From a virus (lineage: Duplodnaviria > Caudoviricetes): a DNA stretch of 52,402 nucleotides. Made by a program: the position numbers and the translations under genes. This document shows, piece after piece, positions 19,089-28,409 of the stretch. The DNA lies in IMG/VR virus record IMGVR_UViG_3300029268_000024, positions 1 to 52,402 of that record; one strand, given 5' to 3'. Numbering within the stretch: position 1 is the stretch's first letter; the number at the start of each line of letters is the position of its first letter. Under the pieces are notes generated by a model. The model searched no databases and had not been told where the DNA came from. It saw only the letters and a list, made by a program, of their open reading frames with translations.

Positions 19089-19319
19089 TCACTTCATCAG
19101 GCATTTTATGGGAAACCTTTCTTCAACTAATTCACAATATGGATCGTATGGGAAAACTCTATCTAGATATGCCCTATTGAGATATCTACAAAAGGCTATT
19201 TTATGTACTTCTTTGCCGTTGATAAAAACATTTCTAGGAAAAGCATATCCTGTTTTAATCACAATAAGGCGACTCTTAGGATCATACTTATGAGTAACCA
19301 TTGAGCCTTTTTGAATCAC
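19089..19319 (-). CDS. Small hypothetical protein (tandem paralog B)
   Basis: MIQKGSMVT...ELVEERFPIKCLMK; GTGA overlap with the AAA gene stop. Confidence 0.6.
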   Translation of the reverse strand: MIQKGSMVTHKYDPKSRLIVIKTGYAFPRNVFINGKEVHKIAFCRYLNRAYLDRVFPYDPYCELVEERFPIKCLMK

Positions 19320-21379
19320 TTACATTCCTTAAAACCTTTGGCATTCTTGAAATCATCAGGATTATATTGTCCTTCTAATCCTTCAACTTTCTTTTCTTCC
19401 TTTTTAACGCCTCTTCTATTGAGAATAACGTATCGATCACCCAAGGCTAACTCCCCAGTAGTTTCATCTCTCATTGATCCCTGACTTTGTTCCAAAACTT
19501 CCACAAAGTTTTTAGAATCCCAAAGAAGTCCTTCCTGCCCTAGTTTCTTATAGTAATCGTGAGCCGCCATTTCAGAGATGAGCATTTCTACATCTCGAAC
19601 CGTAAATCCTTTCATGGTGCAAAGTTCTGAAATATTATCCAAGTCCAAAGAATCAATAGCTCTTTGAAGTTCTTCGGGTTTCTTAAATCCAAGAACTTTA
19701 ACTCCACGATTATCCATTCTTCTAGCAGTAGTTTTGAGAGTGGTCTTCATACTCTCAGCATCAAAGTTATCAATATCAATTACCAAGTCTGCTCTTCCTG
19801 AACGAAGCAAAGGCCCAGTAATATTCTCCTTATGATTGGTTGTTAATACCACGAAGATATTTTTTTTAGCAAATAGTTTTTCTTCTTGGGCATTCTGCAA
19901 CCATCCCATAAATTCTGATTCAACCTGTTTGTGGGCTTCGTGCATACCTTGACCCGTATCATTAGTAGCACCAATACCTCTATCATATTCATCTACTCGA
20001 ACAATGACATGAGAGGTTCCCATAATAGATTTAATAGCTTCTCTTGCCTGTCTTGGCCCTTCTCCTACCCACATACTATGAACGGCATTAATATTAAAAT
20101 CCCATACGTCGAAATCCAATAATCCTGCCAAATGAATTGGAAATGCGCTTTTCCCAACGCCGCCCTTACCATGTAGGACAAATACGTGCGGCATTCGGTT
20201 ATGAACACATTCAATTTGGTCTAGAAGTTCGCTTTCGTCTTGACCGCTTTTGACGGTTTGTTCAACCAAAGAACGAAGTCTTTTAACCTCATTGAAATCC
20301 CGCATGAGTTTTTGAACATCGAAAGTAAAATTACTAGATTCAGGGCAAATATAATCTTCCCAAGGCCTAGGTGTAAGCTGAGTTAAACCAAAGCCCTTTT
20401 CCATAAAACTACGATTGATAGCTTGTCTTAGCAATCGCATCACCCTCATACAGTCAATCTTTTTGGATTGCGGAGGATTCTCGGAACGTGAAATAGCAGC
20501 AGCCAGAGCATCTCCTGCCTCAGTATAAGTCAAGCCTGTCAATTTTCTTGAAATCTGTTCCTTCTGCCCCTTAGACAATCGGACATCGTATTTCCCATTC
20601 CTATATAGATCAACGAAACTGTCGATAATGTGGGTAGCTTCAAACTCATCTACCGGATTAATTTCAACGGTTCTAACCTTAAATGGAAGATCTAATTTCT
20701 TATTCGTTATGAGTAGCAAACGACAACCCTTTTTTGTGGTAGGATTGCGGAAGTTATCAAAAATATAAAGTGCTCTTGGATCAACTTCGCCGGGTTTTTC
20801 CTTGCAAAAATCCAAGCTATAGTCAACATTTTTAATCACCAAAAGCTTATCCTTGAATTGGGCCTTTAGAACCTCCCTACGATTAACAAAACCATCGGGC
20901 TTCCTTTTTCTTTTGCCTGTTTGCGGATCGGTTTTAAATACAGGTATTCCAAGTCCTTGATCGTCATCTTCAACTTCAAAACGGCCATAAATCAATTCAT
21001 CAATAAATTGAGTGCTATGACCTTTGCCGGGGGAGCCTTTTTGCAATTCAACAGCATCTATATCAATCGTATTATTGTATAAATCCTGCATTTTGAAACA
21101 ATCTTTAAGAAAGCCATCAACAAGGCAAGGGTCTTCGTGATTGACAACGAAATTGGTTATCCCCGTAAGAGAAAGCTTAATGGCTATAACCAGTTCTTCC
21201 TTAAGTTTCTGAAAGGTTACGCTCTGTTGAACTAAAGACTTGAAATTAATGTCGCTTGCACTATTGCCCTTATCCTGATCCTGAGGAATAGGGTTTGATA
21301 CAGGGGCAGAAACGTTATCTTGTCCCGTAATCGTAGTATTTGTATTTGCCATTATGTTTCCCCTTTGTTTAGAATTCAA
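19316..21379 (-). CDS. AAA+ ATPase, Ycf46-like (true start possibly the ATG at 21352)
   Basis: Walker A HGKGGVGKS, Walker B VRVDE, sensor TTN, arginine-finger LLRSGRAD; LTGLTYTEA helix of the Ycf46 type. Confidence 0.8.
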   Translation of the reverse strand: MNSKQRGNIMANTNTTITGQDNVSAPVSNPIPQDQDKGNSASDINFKSLVQQSVTFQKLKEELVIAIKLSLTGITNFVVNHEDPCLVDGFLKDCFKMQDLYNNTIDIDAVELQKGSPGKGHSTQFIDELIYGRFEVEDDDQGLGIPVFKTDPQTGKRKRKPDGFVNRREVLKAQFKDKLLVIKNVDYSLDFCKEKPGEVDPRALYIFDNFRNPTTKKGCRLLLITNKKLDLPFKVRTVEINPVDEFEATHIIDSFVDLYRNGKYDVRLSKGQKEQISRKLTGLTYTEAGDALAAAISRSENPPQSKKIDCMRVMRLLRQAINRSFMEKGFGLTQLTPRPWEDYICPESSNFTFDVQKLMRDFNEVKRLRSLVEQTVKSGQDESELLDQIECVHNRMPHVFVLHGKGGVGKSAFPIHLAGLLDFDVWDFNINAVHSMWVGEGPRQAREAIKSIMGTSHVIVRVDEYDRGIGATNDTGQGMHEAHKQVESEFMGWLQNAQEEKLFAKKNIFVVLTTNHKENITGPLLRSGRADLVIDIDNFDAESMKTTLKTTARRMDNRGVKVLGFKKPEELQRAIDSLDLDNISELCTMKGFTVRDVEMLISEMAAHDYYKKLGQEGLLWDSKNFVEVLEQSQGSMRDETTGELALGDRYVILNRRGVKKEEKKVEGLEGQYNPDDFKNAKGFKECK

Positions 21380-21383
21380 AGAT

Positions 21384-21411
21384 ATTATACATCAATTAAG
21401 AATGATTTCAA
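21384..21411 (-). promoter_or_regulatory. Sigma70-like promoter
   Basis: Minus strand TTGAAA-N16-TATAAT upstream of the AAA ATPase. Confidence 0.55.
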
Positions 21412-21422
21412 GTATTTTCGGC

Positions 21423-21463
21423 AAAAAAAAGAAAAGAATCGGGCTTTTGACTCGATTCTTTTC
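21423..21463 (-). terminator. Intrinsic terminator
   Basis: AAAAGAATCGGG-CTTTTGA-CTCGATTCTTTT hairpin with a T tract on the minus strand. Confidence 0.7.
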
Positions 21464-21481
21464 TAGATCTCTATGATTTAC

Positions 21482-22360
21482 TTACTTATTGTCAGCAAAC
21501 CAAATCTTGCAATATTCCGGATCGTACTTTAGTTTCTCTTTCCAGAATGTCATCAATTTGGTACGAGTGCTAGGGCTGAGCTTGCTAGTCTTAACCATAT
21601 CGTCAATTGAAGCTTCCTTATTCAGGTCGCTCTTGATAGAAGCAGCGCAAGCACCACAACTATCTCCCAAGCTGGTTTGGATAATATCTTCGCCACCAAC
21701 ATCGGGCTTTTCGCCTTCTAGTTCAACTTCAAACTCCGCTTCTTCTGGGACTCCTCCAATTCCGCCAACTCCACCATCAACAGGAATTTCGGGTGCAGGG
21801 CCAGCTTCGGGAGCCATAGGAGCTTCTATTGCACCAGAGGTTTCTCCAACAGCGGCCTTGACTTCTTCAACCGCCTGTTCAACCTTTCCCATTGCCTTAT
21901 CAACTTTCTCAACAATATCCTTGGACTTTTCAACTTTTTCCATTAGGACTTCTACGGCCTTACTTACGCCGATATCTCCGCTTGTTCCGATATCTTTGCT
22001 TGAGCCGATATCTTTGCTTGAGCCGATATCTTTGCTTGAACCGATATCTTTGCTTGAACCGATATCTTTGCTTGAGCCTGCTGAAGTTCCGCTAGTTTCT
22101 CCGCTTACTTCTGCTGAGGTTCCTGCTGAGGTTTCTGCTGAAGCTCCGCTAGTTTCGCCTTTGCTTACTTCGCTTTTGCTAGCTCCTGCCGATGTTTCAT
22201 CTTTGCTAAATTGAGCAAGAACTGTTTTGGCTGCTTCATAAAGAGCATCCTTATCGGTTTTCTGTTCCTTGGGTTCGGTAGAAGCGGTTTTGACCATTTC
22301 TACGCTTTCCTTGGGACTCCAATCAAAATCTAATTTACCTACGGGTGTTATAACTGCCAT
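21482..22360 (-). CDS. Low-complexity acidic hypothetical protein (possible head core protein)
   Basis: 292 aa with AAGGAG RBS; GETS and SSKDIG repeats; MVKTAS and LNKEAS motifs. Confidence 0.75.
   Translation of the reverse strand: MAVITPVGKLDFDWSPKESVEMVKTASTEPKEQKTDKDALYEAAKTVLAQFSKDETSAGASKSEVSKGETSGASAETSAGTSAEVSGETSGTSAGSSKDIGSSKDIGSSKDIGSSKDIGSSKDIGTSGDIGVSKAVEVLMEKVEKSKDIVEKVDKAMGKVEQAVEEVKAAVGETSGAIEAPMAPEAGPAPEIPVDGGVGGIGGVPEEAEFEVELEGEKPDVGGEDIIQTSLGDSCGACAASIKSDLNKEASIDDMVKTSKLSPSTRTKLMTFWKEKLKYDPEYCKIWFADNK
21969..22076. repeat. 18-bp coding tandem repeat, 6 copies (SSKDIG)
   Basis: ccgatatctttgcttga(g/a) contiguous with no spacers; the first unit is divergent. Confidence 0.9.
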
Positions 22361-22466
22361 TTTCGTTCTCCTTTTTTACTTGTTAGTTTTGTTACATTAC
22401 CTTGGCTGTAACGATCCAAAAAACTCTTATATCTTAATACAAATCTCTAGGCTTCTTTTCCTTCAA

Positions 22467-22688
22467 TTATTTTTGTGTACCTGCATATTTCAGAGACCAA
22501 TTTCCTCCTGCTAGAGTTTGATATTCCTCCATACATCCGAAGATAGCTGCTTGAGGCTGCATACCACCATCTACTTTTGACTTATAACAATTCATCCATG
22601 ACCGGGACATCGTTTGCGACAATCCTTTCCCATCCTCATAATATGCTTTCTTTAAAAATCTCTTTAAATTGAACACTGCTTTTTTCAT
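22467..22688 (-). CDS. Small hypothetical protein
   Basis: 73 aa, AGGTG RBS, promoter-like motif upstream; leader VFNLKRFLKKA. Confidence 0.7.
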   Translation of the reverse strand: MKKAVFNLKRFLKKAYYEDGKGLSQTMSRSWMNCYKSKVDGGMQPQAAIFGCMEEYQTLAGGNWSLKYAGTQK

Positions 22689-22732
22689 ATGACACCTACT
22701 TCTTATTGTAAAACCAAATTTCCTTCAATCAT

Positions 22733-23671
22733 TTATATTTTTCTACGTGGCATTCCTATACCTTTATTCTCTGGGGTTTTGGGTTTTCCTTTAATCGCTT
22801 TGGGTTTCTGAGACAAATCGCCCTCTAATATTTCCAAGCTCATAATTCCGCTAAAAAGCCAATTTTTAATAGTGTTTCCGGGGATATCATAACCTTTCCC
22901 TCTTATAGTCGGGGAAACATCAAAACCAACAAAATATTCTCCGTTGAGTCCATTTCTGATAGGATAACCTTCTCTTGGGACAGGATACAATTTTCTTGGA
23001 GGAAGACTTTTGCCGCTTTCACTTACATAAATTATTTCTAGAGGCAACTTATTCTGATCCGCATACTTTATTTTCTCCCTCGAATTCATGAGCAATTTAA
23101 CATCAGGCGGGACTTGTTCGGGAGTTTGTGGGGCTGCTTCTTCGGGCATTGGTTGAGTTTCTTCTGGCGGGATAGGTGGTTGTCCTTCGGGTTGACCTTC
23201 GGGTTGCCCTAATGGAGGAACATCTTTCGTTCTACCTTTGGGCCTGTCTTTTGGCTTATCCTTTAATTTGTGCTTGATTTTATCTTCGCCTTTAGGTTTT
23301 TCTACTTTTGCTTCCCTGATTGTATTACCAAATCGAGTATCAATTCCTTCGCCTGCAATTACATCTCCAACCTTGATACTATTTTTCTTAAACCAACCGT
23401 GATTGACTTCTAAGGCCATTCGACAATAATAATTGCTATCAACGGTTCTGGTGCTCCTAGGATACATCTCTTCTATTTGAAGTATGGTTCCATCATCATC
23501 TACAAAAGCTATATCTAATGGAATATAGGTGTCTTTCATCCAGAAGCGAAGTCCTTGAGGGTATGGAAATTTAAAAAGCATCCCTTCGTTTTCGGATAGG
23601 ACTTTTCTTTTCATCAAGCCTGTTTCTCTTTTTGAAGGAGTATCGGCTATTTCTATAAGTAAGTGTTTCAT
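22733..23671 (-). CDS. DUF192-family protein with Pro-rich linker and WYL-like C-terminal domain
   Basis: EIADTPSKRETGLM..GMLF..FWMKDTYIPLDIAF..ALEVN is the DUF192 signature. The C-terminal IIYVSESG...RKLYP is only tentatively WYL-like. Confidence 0.85.
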   Translation of the reverse strand: MKHLLIEIADTPSKRETGLMKRKVLSENEGMLFKFPYPQGLRFWMKDTYIPLDIAFVDDDGTILQIEEMYPRSTRTVDSNYYCRMALEVNHGWFKKNSIKVGDVIAGEGIDTRFGNTIREAKVEKPKGEDKIKHKLKDKPKDRPKGRTKDVPPLGQPEGQPEGQPPIPPEETQPMPEEAAPQTPEQVPPDVKLLMNSREKIKYADQNKLPLEIIYVSESGKSLPPRKLYPVPREGYPIRNGLNGEYFVGFDVSPTIRGKGYDIPGNTIKNWLFSGIMSLEILEGDLSQKPKAIKGKPKTPENKGIGMPRRKI

Positions 23672-23674
23672 GAA

Positions 23675-24169
23675 TTAATATTGAGGCGTTTGTCTATCTG
23701 GGCCATATTTATCGGAATGTCCTAGGGCTTGGTCATCGAACATTCCCATATCTCTTTGTTCAATGGCTTTTTCCTCATCATACATTTCATTACTCTGTCT
23801 GATAGCATCCCAAAAAGCTTCTGCATTTGGGAAAACTATTTTTGCAAGCTCTTCGGCTGTCATTTTTTGTCCACTTCTCACATTGGAAGCAGAAAAATTA
23901 CCCGCTGCAAACAGTTGAACATAATATTTCAAACCATTTCCATATAATGATCTTAAAGAAGTTAACAAATCTTGGTCGTTCAAAGTTCCATCATTGTAAG
24001 TTACGAGCCATGCGTTACTATTTTTTAAAGCGTCATAGTCTAAGGGCTCAATAAACTCAAATGAATCAAAATCTATAATTGCATCTCTAGAGCCAACCAG
24101 TGCAGTTTTCATCCATCCAGCTTGCTTCCCCATACTTTCCCACTGAGATTTACTGATTTTTATCTTCAT
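23675..24169 (-). CDS. Hypothetical protein with MKIKISKSQWESMGKQAGW leader
   Basis: Fourth, more divergent leader copy, followed by MKTA; GGAGG RBS. Confidence 0.8.
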   Translation of the reverse strand: MKIKISKSQWESMGKQAGWMKTALVGSRDAIIDFDSFEFIEPLDYDALKNSNAWLVTYNDGTLNDQDLLTSLRSLYGNGLKYYVQLFAAGNFSASNVRSGQKMTAEELAKIVFPNAEAFWDAIRQSNEMYDEEKAIEQRDMGMFDDQALGHSDKYGPDRQTPQY

Positions 24170-24519
24170 ACGTTAATTTCCTCCACCTCAAAATCTTCTT
24201 GCCAAGGAATTCCGCTGACATCCAATCCTTCTACCAATTCCTTCGCTACCACTAAATCCTCACAATGAAAAGTTAAAACTCTTGATCCCGCCCTATTACT
24301 CATTGTTACACCATTAGGAACTTCTAGTATAGCCTCTCCATTCTTAACCATATTGTATTGGTTATGGCTAAGAACCGCAGAAACATAAACTTCGCCTTCG
24401 TTATTTATCTTTTCCTGTTCCATTTCTTCCTTTGTCATTTTTTTTGTTTTTAAAGAAATACTAACAGGCATCGAATCCAACCGCCCCTGTTTACTTGATA
24501 TATTGATAAGTTTTGCCAT
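24166..24519 (-). CDS. Hypothetical protein
   Basis: 117 aa, coupled to neighbouring genes. Confidence 0.7.
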   Translation of the reverse strand: MAKLINISSKQGRLDSMPVSISLKTKKMTKEEMEQEKINNEGEVYVSAVLSHNQYNMVKNGEAILEVPNGVTMSNRAGSRVLTFHCEDLVVAKELVEGLDVSGIPWQEDFEVEEINV

Positions 24520-24520
24520 A

Positions 24521-24994
24521 TTAAGAGGTCTTTAAATTCAACAAGTGGGAATCGGCTGCAAATTTAGGAATTCTATACCCCGTTTTTCCTCTCTTATCAT
24601 TACTAGCTAGGATATCAGAATAACTCTTTTGTTTCTTTTCACCAAGAAACTTATTGTTTTCTGCTAGCGCCATCGTACTGACAACAACTTTTCCTTTGGG
24701 CGTCATTTTTACTTCATCTATCTTTCCTGTTAATAGGCCTTTGGTTTTTAGTCGCATAACATCGCTACTGGTTATTTCAAGTTCGGGTGTTATTTTAAAT
24801 GTATCTTTACCGATTTGATCCGCTTTAAGCCAAATCTTCATTAAGACACCCGCATCATTGTCAGAAGCCGTAATAATTTCTTTAGATGATTCTTTTTCTA
24901 TTTCCGGAAGATAAGTTGCAAGAAAAGAAATATCAATAACCGAATCTCTTTTGTCATAAACCGATCTCCCCGCTGGATTTATAGGAACTGGCAT
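24521..24994 (-). CDS. Hypothetical protein, possible winged helix
   Basis: GGAGG RBS; VMRLKTKGLL...VKMTPKGK resembles a winged-helix wing. Confidence 0.6.
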   Translation of the reverse strand: MPVPINPAGRSVYDKRDSVIDISFLATYLPEIEKESSKEIITASDNDAGVLMKIWLKADQIGKDTFKITPELEITSSDVMRLKTKGLLTGKIDEVKMTPKGKVVVSTMALAENNKFLGEKKQKSYSDILASNDKRGKTGYRIPKFAADSHLLNLKTS

Positions 24995-25002
24995 AACCCT
25001 CC

Positions 25003-27516
25003 TTATTTCACATCTTTTATCTTTTCTATTCGATACTGTTCAAAAAGTGCATCTGCCTCTTTACTTCCTTCAACTCTTACACTTTCCCTTGCAAAAATTA
25101 GCTGAGATCTAGTAAGCTTGCCACCAAATAACAACTCGGCATTTATTAAAATAGCCTTTTGTAAATCTTCCGATAGCTCCATATCATAGCGCAGTTTCAA
25201 TTTAAGGGCTCTAAGCATGATAATTGGATTCTCTTTAATAGAAACATTAGGATCTATAAATGTTTCAACTTTGTTATCTTCCATAGCCTTACCCGCAACC
25301 TTGAACGGATCTTCAACTTTATTTGTAGCAATATTAAACGCAAACATATTAATAGTAAAATCACGATTAGCCAAATCTATCAGCAATGGAGAATCGCAAC
25401 GAACCCCTTTCTTCCTAATCTCATTCATCATATCGTGTAAATCGTTTTTACCAGAAAAGTCAACTCGAATTCCCTTATGAACAAAAGAAAATACAAAGCT
25501 CTTATTGGCAAGAACATGGGCCGCATTTAGTTTTTTAGCTACCAATTGTCCTACTTTAAGGGATTTGTCTGCTGAGTTAGAAGTAAAATCCAATTGTTCA
25601 ACATCTGGCTGATCATTTCCCATCATTCTTTCTCTGGAATAAACACCGACTATGTAAATATCATCTATACCCGTAGATTTACAAACCTCCTTGGCCGCAT
25701 TTACAATTTCGCTTACCGCATTCATTCTAACATAACTGGTTCCCAATAGATCTTCTGCCATATCGGAAACTTCGCTTGACAAATCTTTGTTTTGGAATCT
25801 AGCTTCTGCACGACTAACAGACTCTTCCTCTACATCGACATCAAAGATCCAAATGGCATATATTTTTTCTCCATTTTCGGTCTCCCCAAACCTAAAGCCC
25901 TTAAATTTAATTCCATCTATGCCAAGAACCTTCTTAACTATGGGAACAATATCTTCTGTAACTATCAATCGTGTTGCCCTGATATTACCGCTTAAAATTT
26001 TATCCTTGATGGTTGCCAAAATATTTAGAATTTCTACCAGACTGGGATCTAATGTTCCCGCAAATCTTTTAGCAGGATGGGTATTAACCAAATCCTGAGT
26101 CATATCGTCCCATAATTGCGGTTTAAATCTAGGTTCAATCCATCGATAATAAAATCCCTTCAAATCATAGGTTGGATTATATCTTGGCTGTTTACTTACC
26201 CAATCATCATCTCTGGCAAAATCTTCATCCCTATCTTCCCATGCCATAACCCTATCACCAAGACCGGGTATTGTTGATCCATCAGAAATAGAAAGATTGT
26301 TATACCACCCAAATAAAGTAGCCGTTTTTATAAAGTTATTAGAGGCTTTTTTTTCTGTCCTTTTCGGCTCTGATTTCTTATAAGGTAATAAAAGTGGTTG
26401 TGGCCTTGTCTCTTCTAAAAGCGTTTCTAGAGCTTTATATCCACGATCATCTTTGTGATCTCTTTGTAGCAATTCCTCATGAATTAAATGTGGATCGGGT
26501 TTGGTGTCTCCAGCAAATTGTTTTCTTAGTTGTTCCTCGATAGTATTATGCTCTTGAGAAAGTCCTTTTGCTAAAGGTGCCATAAATTCTCGACTCAATC
26601 TTTTTTCTATGGGAGTACCTTGATGCCTCTGAAATAACATGGCCCAATCTCCCATAGCATCACTCTGATTAGCTGACCCTTTCCCCGATCTACCATCCAA
26701 ATCTGATCCTCTAGGCTTTCCATCGGTAAAATTAGAAGGGAGATAACTTGTATATTGGGCTCTTTTATACCAGTTGTTTCCATCGGCGTGTCTGGTTTGA
26801 CCTGTAAATTGAATAGGAGCAAAAGTATCTCCCAATCCTTTACCCTCAAGTTCCTGTTTATATTTCGTGTTTACTTGATCAATAGCCCATGCTGCAAATT
26901 TATTCTCTTCTCCTTGGGCTCCACCTTCATCGGCTCCTTTGGAATGTGCAGCTTCATGAATAATAGTAGCAGCAACACTTAAAACAGCTAACATTTGCCA
27001 TAAAAGTTCTGGATCGGCAACAGTTCCACCATTATTTTTTGCATCGTTTTGGATTTGGTTTGCGTTTTCCGTTGCTGCCGCCAAAGAAGCATTCATATTA
27101 ACGCCAAGAACGTGACCACCGGAAGACTCAATTTGATCCCATAGGTTTTTAATCTCTTTCTGAATTTCCTCGTTAGATTTGTTATCTTTTACGGGATAAG
27201 CGGTAAGCATTCCATTTTCATCAACCACTTTGTATCCTCTTTGTTGCTCTAGCATTTTTCTAAGTACTTCGGTTCTTTGGGCTCTTTCCAATTTGGGAAT
27301 ATAAACGCCATAAGAGCCGCTTTTAGAGTAGTTAAAAATATAGTTAATATCCTGAAGAGCCCCTCCGGGATAGGATTGTGCCAACTGAATAGCATCATTT
27401 GCTCGATTAAAAGCCGATTGAATCTCTGAAGTATTGAGTGAGGGAGTATTAAGTTTCTCAACATTGCCGGTAAAATACCCATCAAAATCCTGCTGTGCTA
27501 GTCTAATAATCTTCAT
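25003..27516 (-). CDS. Multidomain protein: N-terminal HExxH domain plus C-terminal CCA-adding/poly(A) polymerase-like nucleotidyltransferase
   Basis: IIHEAAH near aa 187. The C-terminal IYIVG..R, RVDF, DLANRDFTINM, VEDPF, ENPIIMLRA follow class II NTase motif order. Confidence 0.8.
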   Translation of the reverse strand: MKIIRLAQQDFDGYFTGNVEKLNTPSLNTSEIQSAFNRANDAIQLAQSYPGGALQDINYIFNYSKSGSYGVYIPKLERAQRTEVLRKMLEQQRGYKVVDENGMLTAYPVKDNKSNEEIQKEIKNLWDQIESSGGHVLGVNMNASLAAATENANQIQNDAKNNGGTVADPELLWQMLAVLSVAATIIHEAAHSKGADEGGAQGEENKFAAWAIDQVNTKYKQELEGKGLGDTFAPIQFTGQTRHADGNNWYKRAQYTSYLPSNFTDGKPRGSDLDGRSGKGSANQSDAMGDWAMLFQRHQGTPIEKRLSREFMAPLAKGLSQEHNTIEEQLRKQFAGDTKPDPHLIHEELLQRDHKDDRGYKALETLLEETRPQPLLLPYKKSEPKRTEKKASNNFIKTATLFGWYNNLSISDGSTIPGLGDRVMAWEDRDEDFARDDDWVSKQPRYNPTYDLKGFYYRWIEPRFKPQLWDDMTQDLVNTHPAKRFAGTLDPSLVEILNILATIKDKILSGNIRATRLIVTEDIVPIVKKVLGIDGIKFKGFRFGETENGEKIYAIWIFDVDVEEESVSRAEARFQNKDLSSEVSDMAEDLLGTSYVRMNAVSEIVNAAKEVCKSTGIDDIYIVGVYSRERMMGNDQPDVEQLDFTSNSADKSLKVGQLVAKKLNAAHVLANKSFVFSFVHKGIRVDFSGKNDLHDMMNEIRKKGVRCDSPLLIDLANRDFTINMFAFNIATNKVEDPFKVAGKAMEDNKVETFIDPNVSIKENPIIMLRALKLKLRYDMELSEDLQKAILINAELLFGGKLTRSQLIFARESVRVEGSKEADALFEQYRIEKIKDVK

Positions 27517-27560
27517 ACTATATGTTTCGCTGTAAATCCTTAAAACCCTTGAACAAAAAC

Positions 27561-27597
27561 AAAAAAGGCAATGCGAGAAAACGCATTGCCTTTTTCA
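27561..27597 (-). terminator. Intrinsic terminator (bidirectional)
   Basis: AAAAAGGCAATGCG-AGAAAA-CGCATTGCCTTTTT. Confidence 0.85.
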
Positions 27598-27620
27598 AAA
27601 AAATGGTTATAAAACAAAGA

Positions 27621-27938
27621 TTAGACACCAAATCCGCCAGCGTCTACTTTTTTACCTTGTTTTTTCCCGCCACCACCATCGTCATCATCGTCCCCATACG
27701 GATGATACTTTTGAGGCTTTTGACGATCAACTTTCTCTTCAAAAAATTCCTTTGTTTTTCCAGAATCTTCAGGTTTTACTAATTGTCCAAATTCGGGAAT
27801 CTCTGCTTCAAGGAGATCTTTGATGATATCTTCGTCCAAATCATCTGAGCAACTAGCACCCCCTTCATGACTTAGGACTCTGGCATCATAAGCTCCGGTT
27901 TTCTTATTCACAGTAATTCTAACAATAACATCACCCAT
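27621..27938 (-). CDS. DUF2997-like protein
   Basis: Short beta-rich N-terminus (IVRITVNKKTG...GGASC) directly after a DUF1257-like gene; GGAGG RBS. Confidence 0.55.
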   Translation of the reverse strand: MGDVIVRITVNKKTGAYDARVLSHEGGASCSDDLDEDIIKDLLEAEIPEFGQLVKPEDSGKTKEFFEEKVDRQKPQKYHPYGDDDDDGGGGKKQGKKVDAGGFGV

Positions 27939-27952
27939 CGTAGCCTCCTTCT

Positions 27953-28387
27953 TTAGGTATGCAACAATTCTTTTGCCTTATCCGAATCGACTCTTATATC
28001 AGTAACCATCTCATCGCCATCGTCTTCATTACGAATAATTTCATATCCCCGAAGCTTGGCAATAGCAATAGCTTTCATTCGCATCACTTCACTGGTTAAC
28101 TTGGTTTTGAGCGAGTCAATACTATAATCTCCTCCAAGACTCCAAGAACCATCGGCTTCTTTAACGATCCCAATATCACTATAAAGATTGGCAATACCGC
28201 CTTTACTTCCGGGAATTACCAATTGATATTTTTGACTAACGGGGCCACCATGAAAAGCAGCCGTAAGATTCCCTGTATCATCAATTACGATATGCTTTTC
28301 CCAAGCAGGCATAATGTTAATAAGGGCTTTCTTGAGAATATTCAGACTACATTTGAGATCTAATTTACCTGTCTGCCAATGACTCAT
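27953..28387 (-). CDS. DUF1257/Ycf35-like protein
   Basis: MSH start, LKKAL, DIGIVKEADGSWSLGGD, AKLRGYEI. Confidence 0.7.
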   Translation of the reverse strand: MSHWQTGKLDLKCSLNILKKALINIMPAWEKHIVIDDTGNLTAAFHGGPVSQKYQLVIPGSKGGIANLYSDIGIVKEADGSWSLGGDYSIDSLKTKLTSEVMRMKAIAIAKLRGYEIIRNEDDGDEMVTDIRVDSDKAKELLHT

Positions 28388-28409
28388 TTTTTTCTCCTTG
28401 TTTGCGACT

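Noticed and set aside
21969-22076. Short direct repeats as a possible CRISPR array
   Set aside because: The 18-bp units are contiguous with no spacers and are in frame within a CDS; no cas genes nearby.
21489-22214. 241-aa plus-strand ORF and many other antisense ORFs in the track
   Set aside because: They are shadows of minus-strand genes (Ser/Leu/Phe-rich, no RBS).
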